Assembly (NCBI GenBank): GCA_964016885.1
Contig: OZ024754.1
Coordinates: 37,758,001 to 37,822,000 of the forward strand
Source of the DNA: Eledone cirrhosa
Lineage: Eukaryota
Direction: 5' to 3'
DNA length: 64,000 nt
Part shown: positions 1 through 12,894 of the stretch, piece after piece
Position numbering within the stretch: position 1 is the first letter of the stretch
Layout of the letters: every line of letters begins with the position of its first letter
The notes under the pieces: generated by a model
The model's input: only the letters and a program-made list of their open reading frames with translations
Database searches by the model: none
What the model was told of the DNA's origin: nothing
Made by a program: the position numbers and the translations under genes

Positions 1-44
<44 letters not shown>

Positions 45-594
45 GGAAGATGCTAAATTGTCGGTTGTCCTCGGGCCTATGATTTTCAGCACCATGGATT
101 TTATCTGTTACATTCATTTATTATATTTCGAATACCTGGTGATATCACCGGATTCATACGGAACCCGGTCATTGAAATGATCATAGTATAATAAACCTTT
201 CAAGGATTTACACAAGTCCAGCCTCCTGTTACTTTATTATAATATTTAACTCCGTACTCGCACCACCAACTACACAAACGAAGACGGTTGAACTGCTTTA
301 CGTTGAGTACTCTCCATATTATTACATCAAGATTGACGATACGGAATTGACCAGCTCTATCCAGTGGTGAACCTTCAAAACTAAATAAATATATATATAT
401 ATATTTGAAGTATTTCCGTAGGAAAGGTAAAGGAAAAGAGAGTGCTCTGTGTAGGCTACAGAGCTTTTTAGTTATGCAATAAACAACATAAGATAATTAT
501 TTCGTTTACCAAAGGTTTCACGAAAACAGACAAGCTTGGCACATACGTCTGCCTTCAATCGTCAGAACGAAATGAATTTTATTAAAATGGAAGT

Positions 595-917
595 GAGGTA
601 TGGATGTCAAAACAGCGTCTAGGTCCACCAGTGATGCCATTGATAGCGTTGGCTACAAATAAAACCCCCAATGGAAGTGTATTATAGATCGTCACTGCAC
701 TTAAAACAATTTTCATGATATTGCCGTAATACATTCACTGAGCGAAGTATCTGGTTGCAAATACGGCATGCTGGTGTCTTCGACCGGCACTATCATGAAA
801 ATCGTTTTAAGTGCAGTGACGATCTACTATACACTTCCATTGGAGGTCTTATTTGTAGCCAACGCTATCAATGGCATCACTGGTGGACCTAGATTCTGTT
901 TTGAAATCCATACCTCA
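595..917. pseudogene. Intronic foldback duplicate of part of SLC46 exon 2 (copy 1)
   Basis: 621-726 is the reverse complement of exon-2 sequence ~1945-2048; 725-889 is a diverged direct copy of ~1883-2048; the arms extend into flanking DNA (595-620 vs 890-917). Confidence 0.85.
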
Positions 918-929
918 GCAGAGTCTAGC

Positions 930-969
<40 letters not shown>

Positions 970-980
970 TTGTGTGTATG

Positions 981-1011
<31 letters not shown>

Positions 1012-1808
1012 TTAGTTCAAGGAGATAAACATATATATATATATATATATATACTACTAAAACTCTCCGATTGCTTGCTTGTCTGTAATGTAATACAGCC
1101 AAAAAGGCGCATAATGGGAAAATACTTTGGAAGAAAGTTGACCCTGAAATGGGAATACAAATGGAATAAAATAAGATATGGGGTTTTCCCGAGATATGGG
1201 GTTTTTCCCGGTACCTTCATAAACAGAGTGAGAGAGAGGGGGGCGGGGAGAAAGATAGAAAGAAAGAGATAGTGGTTGTGAGAGAGTAGATTGAAAGTGA
1301 GAGGGAGAGGAGACAGAGAAAGAAAATGTAAGAGAAAGAGAGAATTCGTGTTGTTGTTGTGTATATATGTGTGTGTGTGTGTGTGTGTCTATGACCAGTG
1401 TATATAGATCACAGGCACCCATATATATATACATATACACACACATGCATGTATATATATGTCTACATACACACACGTATATATATGGTCCTTCCAGTTT
1501 CATTTTACATTATATACATGTCTGTATATTTTAATTATTTAAAAATTATTTTTAAGTGAACATGATTTAAAAAAAATATTCTGAACCAAGCGTGACCCAA
1601 CAGGTCACGTGTAGTCTAGTATCTATTATTCTCTCTGTTATTCACCAACTCTCCAAATACCACTGGTATTTTATCAAGTTACCTCTTCAATTTCCCCTCT
1701 CTATTGAAGAGCTCTATACATCCACTTCCCATTACCGTCCCTGACATTATTTCACACTTGTGTTCTTTCTTCCTCTCTCACATTTATTTTTTGTTTTATC
1801 TTTATTAG

Positions 1809-2658
1809 GTGCAACGTTTGACAGCTTTATGGATAACAGATATGTTAGCTTTGGAATCCTTTCTGAGCTTTTTTACAATAGTCGTAATACATTTACTGAG
1901 CGAAGTATATGGTCGCAAATTCGGCATGCTGGTGTCTTTGAGCGGCACTATCATGAAAATCGTTTTAAGTGCAATGACGATCTACTATACACTTCCATTG
2001 GAGGTCTTATTTGTAGCCAGCGCTATTAATGGCATCACTGGTGGACCTGCGAGCTTTATCACTTGTGCTGTGTCACAGATTACCGATACGTACCCGCACG
2101 AGGAAAATAGTTGCCGTCAATTTATAAGAGCTCAAAATCTTTCATTTGGAATAGCCGGCCTTTTTACAATTTATTTCGGCTTAATCATAGAAATCTTTGG
2201 CTATTTCTCCGCTTGCGTATTTTTGCTCGCTTTAGCTGTACTCAATATAGTCATCATTCTACACCTTCCAGATAACTCCACACAGAAAAAAGACGATTGG
2301 AACTTTTCTAAAATTAAAACGTCGTTTATAAAGATATGGAGCGTAATGACTATTAGGAAACGGTTGTTGTTGTTCTTTTTCATATCAGCCTCACCCATTA
2401 GTTATATGCCTCTTGGAGGACAGACTTTCTATACCACACAATTACTTATTAACAGACCATTTTGCACCAGCATTTTCTTCACCGGATTTACTTTGGCTAT
2501 TTCCGCTTTCACTTTTTTAACACCAAATTACTACTCATACCGACTGAATAAACCAGGTTTTTCGGTCAATACTATAATTGCTGGAAATCTGTTTATCGGA
2601 TTCCTTAGCAGTCTCATCATTACAATAGCAGCAAAAAGAAATACATATTATGATGCAG
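1809..2658 (+). CDS. SLC46-family (PCFT/SLC46A3-like) MFS transporter, copy 1, large exon (exon 2, 850 nt)
   Basis: Pyrimidine tract + AG at 1807-1808, donor GCAG|GTATAA at 2659. Open frame VQRLTALW...LSEVYGRK...INGITGG...SQITDT...LLINRPFC with many TM segments, resembling the SLC46 motifs SDxxGRR, GLxG, ADxS and PLCW. Confidence 0.85.
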
Positions 2659-3015
2659 GTATAACTTTTTTTATTTCTTTTCTTGTGTTTCTTTATCATA
2701 AAAGGCACCTCAATTTGGGGAGGTATTAAAAAAAACTAATAAATGGGTTTAAACTACGAATGTCAGGTGAAGGGTATAAAGTTAGTACATCGTATTCTTT
2801 TATAATCCTTCTAAATTGTAATTCTATTTGTAATATTTTAGTACATTTTTAAACACAAGGAAGAGTTTGCGGTTTAATTTTAGGGCCACTGCAGCTCTTG
2901 AACTCCTCTGGCCACTGCAGCACTAGAATTTCTTTAACCTGTAACACAAATTGACGTAGGGAGAATTTCTGGGGCATTTTTTGGAAAACAATGCATCTTA
3001 TAAGCCGTAAAATAC

Positions 3016-3081
<66 letters not shown>

Positions 3082-3191
3082 TGTTTGCATAGCTACGGCT
3101 TCCTAAATGTTTCTTGTAAACATACCATGTTTCTTTAGAAATACGACATTTCTATACATATTTGTATAAATGTATGCTTGAGGCAAAATCC

Positions 3192-3338
<147 letters not shown>

Positions 3339-3446
3339 TTATTAATGTTATAGTTATAATATTAATGATAGTAGTTATGTCTGATTTACAGGTTGGTATA
3401 TAGCTTAATGCAATGGCGGAGGGTGGGGTCACGCAGAGCTGTAATA

Positions 3447-3632
3447 CACATGTTTCATCAGAGTTTACTAAAATGCTTAATAGTAATTCACATAGAAAAT
3501 ATTAGGAACATCTAATACATAAAATCACTTCACAAAATGCAAAAGTTTCAAAAGATTTTATCTATTAGATGTTCCTAATATTTTCTGTGTGAATTACTAT
3601 TAAGTGTTTTAATAAACTCTGATGAAACATGT
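3447..3632. repeat. Inverted repeat / foldback (~70-bp arms); copies at ~40565-40742 and ~55138-55325
   Basis: acatgtttcatcagagttt...catctaata pairs with tattagatg...aaactctgatgaaacatgt. Confidence 0.75.
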
Positions 3633-3977
3633 GGCTCAGTACAGGTAGAAATGGCTGTCAGTTAAAAATGTTTTAAATCTTTGGTGTTGTTAAAATGTTA
3701 ATGTGTATATATCATGTTTGATATAGAAATGGCTTCTACATTCATTCAAAAGATGAAACAGTTCAAGTCCTGTAGAAGCCATTTCTATATTAAATATGTT
3801 GTTTACACTCTACTAATGTATTGAGAACCTCGATGGTATTAATTGAACGTTCTACCTCACTCAATGAATCTGCCGAATTGCAGTAATGCAATCAGCTGTT
3901 CAGAGTGCACACATTTAATTAATAGTAGAAACGGTGGCTGTGTTTTGGTAGAGATAAAACTAGAAATCTCATTATAT

Positions 3978-4058
3978 ACACAGGGTGACCAAAAATGTAT
4001 ACACACTTTAACACCATTCTAATCAAAGTGTGAATACATTTTGGGGGACACCCTCTGT
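3978..4058. mobile_element. Short Tc1/mariner-like MITE remnant (also ~40777 and ~55670)
   Basis: Terminal CAGGGTG..aaaatgtatacacacttt pairs with aaagtgtgaatacatttt..CACCCT. Confidence 0.45.
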
Positions 4059-4122
4059 GTGTGTGCGTCTGTGCTTACGTATTTTATCTTTCAATTTCTC
4101 TCATTTTTACTAACCTATCTAG

Positions 4123-4206
4123 TTTTGGTCAACAACAACGCTGTCTTTCTGATATTGTATCTGACCATCAGAACCATGTTACCTTCTCTTGAAATTAAAT
4201 TGCACG
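4123..4206 (+). CDS. SLC46-like copy 1, exon 3 (84 nt)
   Basis: CTAAC branch point + AG at 4121-4122, donor G|GTAAAG; phase 1-1, in frame VLVNNNAVFLILYLTIRTMLPSLEIKLHG; conserved in all three copies. Confidence 0.8.
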
Positions 4207-4831
4207 GTAAAGTTATCTTTATGAAAAATCTGAATCACTTGCTCCAATCTCTCTCACTCACTCACTCACTCACTCACTCACTCACTCACTCTCTCTGTCC
4301 CTCTCTCTCCCCCTCTCTCTCTCCTCTCTCTCTCTCAGTCACTCTCTTTCACTTCTTTTGTCTAATGTTCATTCACTGGTGTATGTCTCTCTATCTCCAC
4401 ATCACTCTCACTCCCTCACCCCCTCTCTCTCCCCTCTCTCTCAGTCACTCTCTCTCACTTCTTTTGTCTAATGTTCTTTCACCGACTGTATGTCTCTCCG
4501 TTTTTTTCTTTCGTTTCCTCTCTATTTTTTTCTCTCATTCTCTTTCGTTCTTTCACTGTCTATTTTTATCTCATCCCTCCCTCTCTATCTATGTATATAT
4601 TTATCTCTATATATCTATCTATCTTTCACTGACTGCGTACATGCACATATACGTATCTGATATTTTGTTAAGTTTGTGTCTAAATCTAACCTTGGAGAGA
4701 CATGCTACCTCCTCCTTCAAGCGAATGCTTACATGAGTGAACTCTACTAAAAGTATCCAAGAAGTCCAGTTGGGGAGTGTTCACCCGGGGACACTGGATT
4801 AATAGTCTGGAAACATTATAAATTTACATTC

Positions 4832-5025
4832 AAAGGCGGTGGATTAGCAGTATCGGTAGAGGGTCGGACGCCATGCTTTCCAGCATAGTTACGTCCCTTT
4901 ACGATCTGAGTTCAAATCCCGCCGAGGTTGACTTTGCCTTTCATCCTTACGGGGTCGATAAAATAAAGTACCAGTAATGCACTGGGTAATTGCTGGCCTT
5001 GTGCCTAAAGTAGAAACAATTATTA
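4832..5025 (+). mobile_element. tRNA-derived SINE with Nin/Deu-like core
   Basis: tRNA-like head with B-box GAGTTCAAATCCC, then GCCTTTCATCCTTACGGGGTCGATAAAATAAAGTACCAG; absent at the homologous site in copies 2 and 3. Confidence 0.75.
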
Positions 5026-5048
5026 ATTTACATTCTGTCCCCTATTTT

Positions 5049-5335
5049 AGTGGTCTCCAATCTTTTTTATACCACGTGCCGGCTTGATGCCAGACATTCT
5101 TTCCGTGGTCGGTCCAGTAGTTGCTCATATGTGTTATTTAAGTACATTTCGATAAAGAGAGCAATAATAAAAACAGAAATTTATTAAAGTAGATGATTAT
5201 TGAATATTTAAACAAATCTTTTAAAATTAAAGTCCAATATTCAATTTATCTATTATATAATATATAATTTTAAACAAGTTAATTATTTCTTTGTGGCCCG
5301 GTAGCAAATGATCTGTGACCTGGTGGTTCCCCTAT
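5049..5335. mobile_element. Degenerate hAT-like MITE (shared by all three copies)
   Basis: Starts tagtggtctccaatctttttt and ends ...gtggcccgg...tggtggttccc, resembling Charlie-type ends. Confidence 0.35.
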
Positions 5336-5377
5336 TTTACATAAGTTATATATTTCTTTTGTCTCTTTATTCTTTAG

Positions 5378-5534
5378 GTTATCTCTATGCCTTGTTGTTC
5401 ACTATGAATTCATTTGGTACAACACTAATGTTACCTCTACTCAATACGATATATTTGAAAACATTCACATACTTTCCTGGTGCTGTATTTTGCCCCTATG
5501 CCGCAATCCTTTTTATTGCTACAGTCATTCAAAT
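5378..5534 (+). CDS. SLC46-like copy 1, exon 4 (157 nt)
   Basis: Polypyrimidine TTTAG acceptor, AT|GTAAGT donor; GYLYALLFTMNSFGTTLMLPLLNTIYLKTFTYFPGAVF resembles SLC46 TM11-12 (N.IY..T....PG..F). Confidence 0.85.
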
Positions 5535-5659
5535 GTAAGTAGACAATTCTTTTGTTATTGGCAGTATCGGTAGAGGGTCGGACGCCATGCTTTCCAGCAT
5601 AGTTACGTCCCTTTACGATCTGAGTTCAAATCCCGCTGAGATTGACTTTGCCTTTCATC

Positions 5660-6610
5660 TAAAGATTAAAGTTGTAGAAAAGCTAGGAATTACCAGAAAA
5701 TCCCTGATCAGCAAGACACATCCTCTTTAAGAAAACCCACTGTACGAATAAGAAATGTGTTATATGTAGAATGAACCCCCAGATAAATTGTAAAACTAGA
5801 AATGTAGTCTATAGCATAATATGTACAGAGGGAATTTTCAGAAACATGACAACGACATACAAAGGTGAGATAGCTCAAAGCACAGCACAAAGAATAGACC
5901 AACACTGGGGGGAACTAAAAGGACAAAAAAACAACAAAAAAATGGTTCAGTACTATATGAACACTCCAGACAAAAACATGACCTTAATATAGACAACATA
6001 GCAATTAAAATAATATCTAAGCATAGAAATGACTTAACAAGTAAGGCGAATTAGAGAAGCAACTGAGATAGAACTAAGAAAACCAAAATTAAACAGAAAG
6101 ACCGAATGAAATAACAACAACCATACCCAAACAATACTGACCTCAGGGAAATAGAAATAAATAAATAAATAAATAAATAAATAAATACACAAGTACAATA
6201 ACAACAAACATATAAATACACACTAGTGAACAAAGATAGAATACAAAAACAAAAACACATACACTCAAATGCGAACACACACACCAAACATTAAATACAC
6301 ACGCAAACGCATGCGCAGAGACAGAGACAAGAAGAAATAAATACATAAAAAAAATGAAAGGCTTTACAATACAACGGGAGGAAACATAATAGTACCACTG
6401 ATGCTGTCGCATATGTGTGATGAAAGAACTTTTATATATATTTATATCTGTATTTTTAACCGTTGATCAATCAATGATAAACATTGATTGCCAGATAAAT
6501 TAACTATGGAGATATAAAAGATACAGAAAGAAAACCAACCCAAACCAAACAGTGAGTGTGCTCTGTTATTATTTCTGGCAATATTATAACAATATGACCC
6601 TTCCCAAGTA
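5660..6610 (+). mobile_element. Degenerate Penelope-like 3' fragment (GIY-YIG + pLTR) in intron 4
   Basis: NCKTRNVVYSIICTE...RIDQHWGELK, homologous to 13370-14330, with frameshifts. Confidence 0.8.
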
Positions 6611-6859
6611 TATATATATATATATATGTAACAAATGTAAGTTAACAGGTAATCTTTGTTTTGTTTTTTGTTGTTGTTGTTCTTTTTTCTGTCCAATATT
6701 TCGTGACCTAAAAGTCCCTTCTTCAGGGTTTAAGGAACTTTCAGAGGATAATGTTCCACAAAAAAACAAAACAAATATTACCAGGTAACTTACTTTTCAT
6801 TCCTCATCTTACAGTCCATTTTGTATTGTTTAGCCTTCTATCTCTTTCCACGTTATATA

Positions 6860-7279
6860 TATTACCTCTCTAAGACAATGAGACTGGATCGAGATCTCTG
6901 GCGCCATGCAGTTGTACAGAAGACCCGACTGCCATTGCATACAAACCTACAGTCAGAAGGCACCTCTTAACCCAATGTACAGCCCACCCCATATACACTG
7001 CACCATCCTCTCTTTCCCGTTCCGTCCACTGTGTCAATGACACAACAGTCCACACTGTAAGGTGGTTGTGTAGGTGACACGGTAAAAAGGCTCCCAGTCC
7101 ACACTGTAAATGTGGTTGGTGTTAGGAAGGGCATCCAGCTGTAAAACACCTGCCAGAAACACTTCCATACGAACGAGACACGGTCTCCCGACCATTCCTG
7201 CATCAAATGGAACCTAACCGTCTAACCCATGCTAGCGTGGAAGGTGGATCTTAAACGATAATGGTAATGATGATGATGA

Positions 7280-7282
<3 letters not shown>
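6860..7282 (+). mobile_element. RTE-tail-related SINE/LINE 3' remnant
   Basis: gtggttggtgttaggaagggcatccagc...aacccatgctagcgtggaa...ttaaacgatgatg; copies near 15680, 29450, 45175, 48100, 57430(-), 58615 and 60500. Confidence 0.65.
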
Positions 7283-7373
<91 letters not shown>

Positions 7374-8074
7374 TGTATATATATATATATACATATAAAT
7401 TAATAAAATAATGAATAAACAAAGAAACAGTTCCTTATATTAAAAAATTCATCATTTTACGATCGTTTCTAGGATATATATGTTAGTGTTGGTATGCATA
7501 TCCTATAGATCTATGTAAAATTTTTACAAACTATCAGAGGGAATATACATACCTACACATATATATGCTGTCTTCAGAAATAATGATATTTGTTTATTGA
7601 AAAAACCAACAAAGATTTAATACAATAGGTCTGTTTGGGAACAGGTTTTGAATTGACCAATAGAAAGATAGTGAAGGTCAAGATAGTAATATAGTAGTAA
7701 AAGAACCTTAATTTATGGGTAGAGGAAGGTAGATTTCAGTTTTGGATGGAAAGAATATTATGAATGAAAGATTATTTTAGGGATGAGAATAGGTCATATG
7801 CTGACCTCAGAAATAATTATATTTGTTCATTGAATAAAACCATCAAAGATTTAATATAGTAGGTCTGTTTGGGAACAGGTTTTGAATTAACCAATAGAAA
7901 TTTAATAATTGGCCAAATGGTAAAATAGTAGTAATTGAAATTTATTTTAGGGGTAGAAGAAGGCAGGTTTCAGTTTTGAATGGAAGGAGTATGAAGATTG
8001 AAAAAGTTATTTTAGGGGTGAAAATAGGTCAGGTCAGTAAAAAGTAACACGAAAAGTTGCTGTTATAAAAGAAT

Positions 8075-8258
8075 AATTGTTTCTACTTTAGGCACAAGGC
8101 CACCAATTACCCAGTGCATTACTGGTACTTTATTTTATCGACCCCGTAAGGATGAAAGGCAAAGTCAACCTCGGCGGGATTTGAACTCAGATCGTAAAGG
8201 GACGTAACTATGCTGGAAAGCATGGCGTCCGACCCTCTACCGATACTGCCAATCCACT
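8075..8258 (-). mobile_element. tRNA-derived SINE (same family as 4832)
   Basis: Near-exact reverse complement of 4840-5025. Confidence 0.75.
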
Positions 8259-8487
8259 AAAAGAATAATGCCAATGTAAATATCTAAGGAGACTAAAATT
8301 TTACGATAAAAGTATTAGTGAAAAAAATATATATGGAATTTACATCTATGAAAAGAATATAAATTAATTTAATTGATGGGTATATTTATATTGATAAAAT
8401 TATATTAATGCATATAGATATGATAAATAAGAGTTAGATGTAATTGAAGAGTGCTGTTAATGACGAGGGGAAATTAAAAAAATATAA

Positions 8488-8525
<38 letters not shown>

Positions 8526-8531
<6 letters not shown>

Positions 8532-11500
8532 TAAAATAACAGATTAAAGTTTAAGCAAAGAATCGCTGCTTTCACCCTTAACGGGATCTTCTGAAACTAA
8601 CAAAGTCAATCTGTAAACGCAGAACTGGATATTTCAAAAAACGTTGCAACCGGAGGAAGACAGGAAGACGATACTTTGGTTCGTGGAAACGTTCGCTGGC
8701 AAAGAACGGGAAAAAACGAATAATACGTTATTAATAGGAGCGGTGAAAAACAATTACGCGCAAAGACAGAACCACGTTTATGGTATAAAAGAGGTCGTAG
8801 ACTAATGTTCTCTTAGGTGGTGCATAGAGACGTTCTCTGGCAATGAACCAAAAAGCGAAGATAATAAGTCATATGTGGAGCGTGGAGAAAAATAGCATGC
8901 AAAGACAAAACCACGTAAATGGTATAGCAGAAGTTGTAGACTAAAATTCTAACTAGGAGACCAAATGAACTCCGCTACAGAGTTAAGAACAATGTAAATA
9001 AATACAATACAGAAGTAATAGAAACAAATAAATACATACACGCAAACAGATACGTACATACACAAGCATACGCAAAACCTTACCATAGGTATACAAAACC
9101 ACGCACATATAAATATGTGTGTGTGTGTATGCTTGTGTACAAATAAATAAATAATTATATAAACGTATATAAGTAAATAAATACGTATATAACAAGCGCA
9201 CACACATACCTACAAATACACGAATGTTCGGAGACGTAAGTCAACTAAAACAAGAAGTACACATATACACACACCCACTATACGTACGATATTGCATACT
9301 CACGCAAACGCAAAACTCCCGTATACACATAGCCAAACCCTAAATACCAGAATATGTAAAAATTATACGCCATAACAGTCAAATATACGTACGAGAAGGT
9401 ATACATACCTTCACAAAACATACGGGTAATATATACTTACCTATGCAAATAAGTAACGGAATAAACAAAACATATACTTAGCTCCCACATCAAGACGTAA
9501 AATATCCACGTATAGATCGTGCTATCCGTTAGGGTATAACGTGGGGCTGTAATACAGGAAAGTTTTGTGCAATTTATGTTTACAAGCCGAAATTGCCTCA
9601 GATTTTTTGTTTAAGATGTGGTCTGTGGCGTAGAGTATTTCCAGGGCCTCAGCGGCGCAGAGGTCACATGGTCTTTTATTTCCGTTATACGATCTAGCCC
9701 TAGCTAGGATCTCTCAGTGTAACTTATAGTGGGTGTGGTTGTCTTTTAGACTCCAGATATAAGCTGAAAGTGACGTCATATTCTTTCTTAGAGGGTAACG
9801 AAAAGAATGGGTATGCATGTAAAGACGCTGCTTGAAGCTATTGGCGGTTAACCCTATGTAGGCTCTACGGGACGTGGGTGTTACAACCTTACATTTGTAG
9901 ACAATGTTACTAGAGAGGCATTTCCCGGATAGGGGGCAATCAGCCCGATTCCTACAATTACAGTTAGTACTAACTACAGGGTTGCACGTGTTCCTACGGC
10001 TAGGTAGTTTAGCTAAATTTGAAGCTGTGATGTTATGTGCAAGGTTAGGAGTCGTAGAGTAAGAAATTTTAATAGTATTTCTATTAAAAATTTTACTATA
10101 TTTATGTGTAGGTGGAAAATGCTTCGCAATAAGGGAAAGAAAGATCTTAGCTAATGGTGTGACCACCTCCATATTATATGGTGGGTTAAACCAACAAATG
10201 CGACGGGATCTATTTCTTCTAGGTCTATTTTCGTACTCTGTATATGCTACCTTATCGACAAATCCACTTCGAGCAAGAGCTTCATTGTAATAAGTGGAAT
10301 GGTCGTTGAAAATGCGCTCGTTGGTGGAAAGACGGGAAAGCCTCAACGAAACGTTTTTTACCAGGTTCTTGGTTATACTGGCAGGATGGTTGGAATGCTT
10401 ACTTATGTAATTAAGCGTATCATTCGGCTTTCTATACGGGTAATACAACCCATTCAATAAATTGAGGGTAACGTTGAGGTAATTAACGACCGAGAGATTG
10501 GCCTCAACCTGTATAGAGAGGTTGAAGCCTTTAAAGAAGGCTGTGAGTTCTTTTCTGAACCTGTCGCAAGCACGAGGTCCGCACTTAGTCATGGTCAAAA
10601 GATCATCGTCACAGTACAACCCACCGCCCGCGTTGGGGAATTCGTCCTTGATAGAGAAAAGAAGGAAAAGGCCAATAAGATCAGTAACCTCCGCAGAGTC
10701 ACTGGCGCCCATACTCACGTCGAATGGGGTACTATTGGATTTTTTAATCCAAATAGAGTCGTCGAAATTAATCACCGACTTTCGGGCATTAAGGATGACA
10801 TCAACTTCGAAATCCTTAGCCACTGTGAGTGTTTTAGCGAAATTGATAGCTCTAAGGAGAAGTGGTAAAGTGATGGAGGAGTAGTAATTGTTGATGTCGA
10901 ATTGGATAAAACGGCAATGTTCCTTGTTACATATGCCGTTGAACCAATCAATCACCGCGAAAGAATTGTTCCACAGTGCGAGAGGGGCCAAACTTCTAAT
11001 TTCAGGTATAATTCTATCAAGAATCGTTTTACTAAGTCTACCTAAATCGGACTTCGTAGGGTTAATAAGCCGAATAGAGGGGTTGTTCGGAAAATTGGAT
11101 TTGTGATCCTTCAGGGTAAAGTGTGGAGAGATAGGGTCCAGAGGTTCGGTCCGGTCCAGGATGTTGAGATCGGATGTGATTTTAAACCCAGCATCGTTGA
11201 TTTCATTGATGACACACCGATTAGTTTTACGGCAATCCTTAGTTACAGCATTATGTTATGTAGTAGTTGATGGGAGTTTTGCGTCTGCGTGAGTATGCAG
11301 TATCGTACGTATGGTGGGTGTGTGTATATGTGTACTTCTTGTTTTAGTTGACTTACGTCTCCGAACATTCGTGTATTTGTAGGTATGTGTGTGCGCTTGT
11401 TATATACGTATTTATTTACTTATATACGTTTATATAATTATTTATTTATTTGTACACAAGCATACACACACACACATATTTATATGTGCGTGGTTTTGTA

Positions 11501-12067
11501 TACCTATGGTAAGGTTTTGCGTATGCTTGTGTATGTACGTATCTGTTTGCGTGTATGTATTTATTTGTTTCTATTACTTCTGTATTGTATTTATTTACTT
11601 TGTTCTTAACTCTGTAGCGGAGATTCATTTGGTCTCCTAGTTAGAATTTTAGTCTACAACTTCTGTTATACCATTTACGTGGTTTTGTCTTTGCATGCTA
11701 TTTTTCTCCACGCTCCACATATGACTTATTATCTTCGCCTTTTCGTTCATTGCCAGAGAACGTCTCTATGCACCACCTAAGAGAACATTAGTCTACGACC
11801 TCTTTTATACCATAAACGTGGTTCTGTCTTTGCGCGTAATTGTTTTTCACCGCTCCTATTAATGACGCATTATTCGTTTTTTCCCGTTCTTTGCCAGCGA
11901 ACGTTTCCACGAACCAAAGTATCGTCTTCCTGTCTTCCTCCGGTTGCAACGTTTTTTGAAATATCCAGTTCTGCGTTTACAGATTGACTTTGTTAGTTTC
12001 AGAAGATCCCGTTAAGGGTGAAAGCAGCGATTCTTTGCTTAAACTTTAATCTGTTATTTTAATAAAT
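8526..12067 (-). mobile_element. Penelope-like retroelement, 5'-truncated, with ~790-bp inverted pLTR arms (8526-9320 / 11272-12067)
   Basis: Long inverted repeat seen directly; internal RT + GIY-YIG ORF; flanked by (TA)n. Confidence 0.9.
9714..10991 (-). pseudogene. PLE reverse transcriptase + GIY-YIG endonuclease (partial, probably inactive)
   Basis: FDINNYYSSI, MGASDSAEVTDL, GLYCDDDL (YRDD-like), WFNPPY, CNC...CPLSGKC, NIVYKC...YIGLT..FKQR; a premature stop at 9714 precedes further coding-like sequence (KILARA...CDLC..E). Confidence 0.85.
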
Positions 12068-12153
12068 ATTTGCTCTACGGTTCTTATATATTTGATATAT
12101 ATTTTCCTTATCGAGCCCTCTTTGGATTTTAGTCTTCAATTTTATTATTATTA

Positions 12154-12276
<123 letters not shown>

Positions 12277-12389
12277 TATATATATATATATATAATTATT
12301 GGGGGGGGGGGGGTTAAATTTATTAGTGAGAAATAATAAATATATAGAGATTTCAAGGAACATAGAATCATAACCTGAAATTAAAACAT

Positions 12390-12572
12390 GGATTGGCAGT
12401 ATCGGTAGAGGGTCGGACGCCATGCTTTCCAGCATAGTTACGTCCCTTTACGATCTGAGTTCAAATCCCGCCGAGGTTGACTTTGCCTTTCATCCTTACG
12501 GGGTCGATAAAATAAAGTACCAGTAATGTACTGGATAATTGCTGGCCTTGTGCCTAAAGTAGAAACAATTAT
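12390..12572 (+). mobile_element. tRNA-derived SINE (Nin/Deu-like core)
   Basis: Near-identical to 4840-5025. Confidence 0.75.
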
Positions 12573-12894
12573 ATATGTTTACTTAATGGTATCAATTTTA
12601 GGAAAAGATAGTTGTAAGAAGGAAAGTAAAATTATGTAGTTCATCAGTAGTAGAATATTAATTATAGGTTAACTAAATTAAAAATAGTTTTTATATTAAT
12701 TTCTAAAATGTATATTAATTAGGTTTATAATATTTAAAGGTTTTTCTCAGTTTATGATTACACGATATTATTAATTCCTGTCGCTTATTTAATAGGATAT
12801 CCTTAGATTTCATTATTTCAAAAAGTTCTTGGGAACATAATCTACATTCATATCTATTCATATCTATATATATATATACATATATATATAGACG

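Noticed and set aside
2659-2729. ORF-track C-terminal extension of the transporter (GITFF...GRY*), and stops at 5536-5538 / 41876-41878 / 56828-56830
   Set aside because: Intron read-through; consensus donors and in-phase downstream exons fit better.
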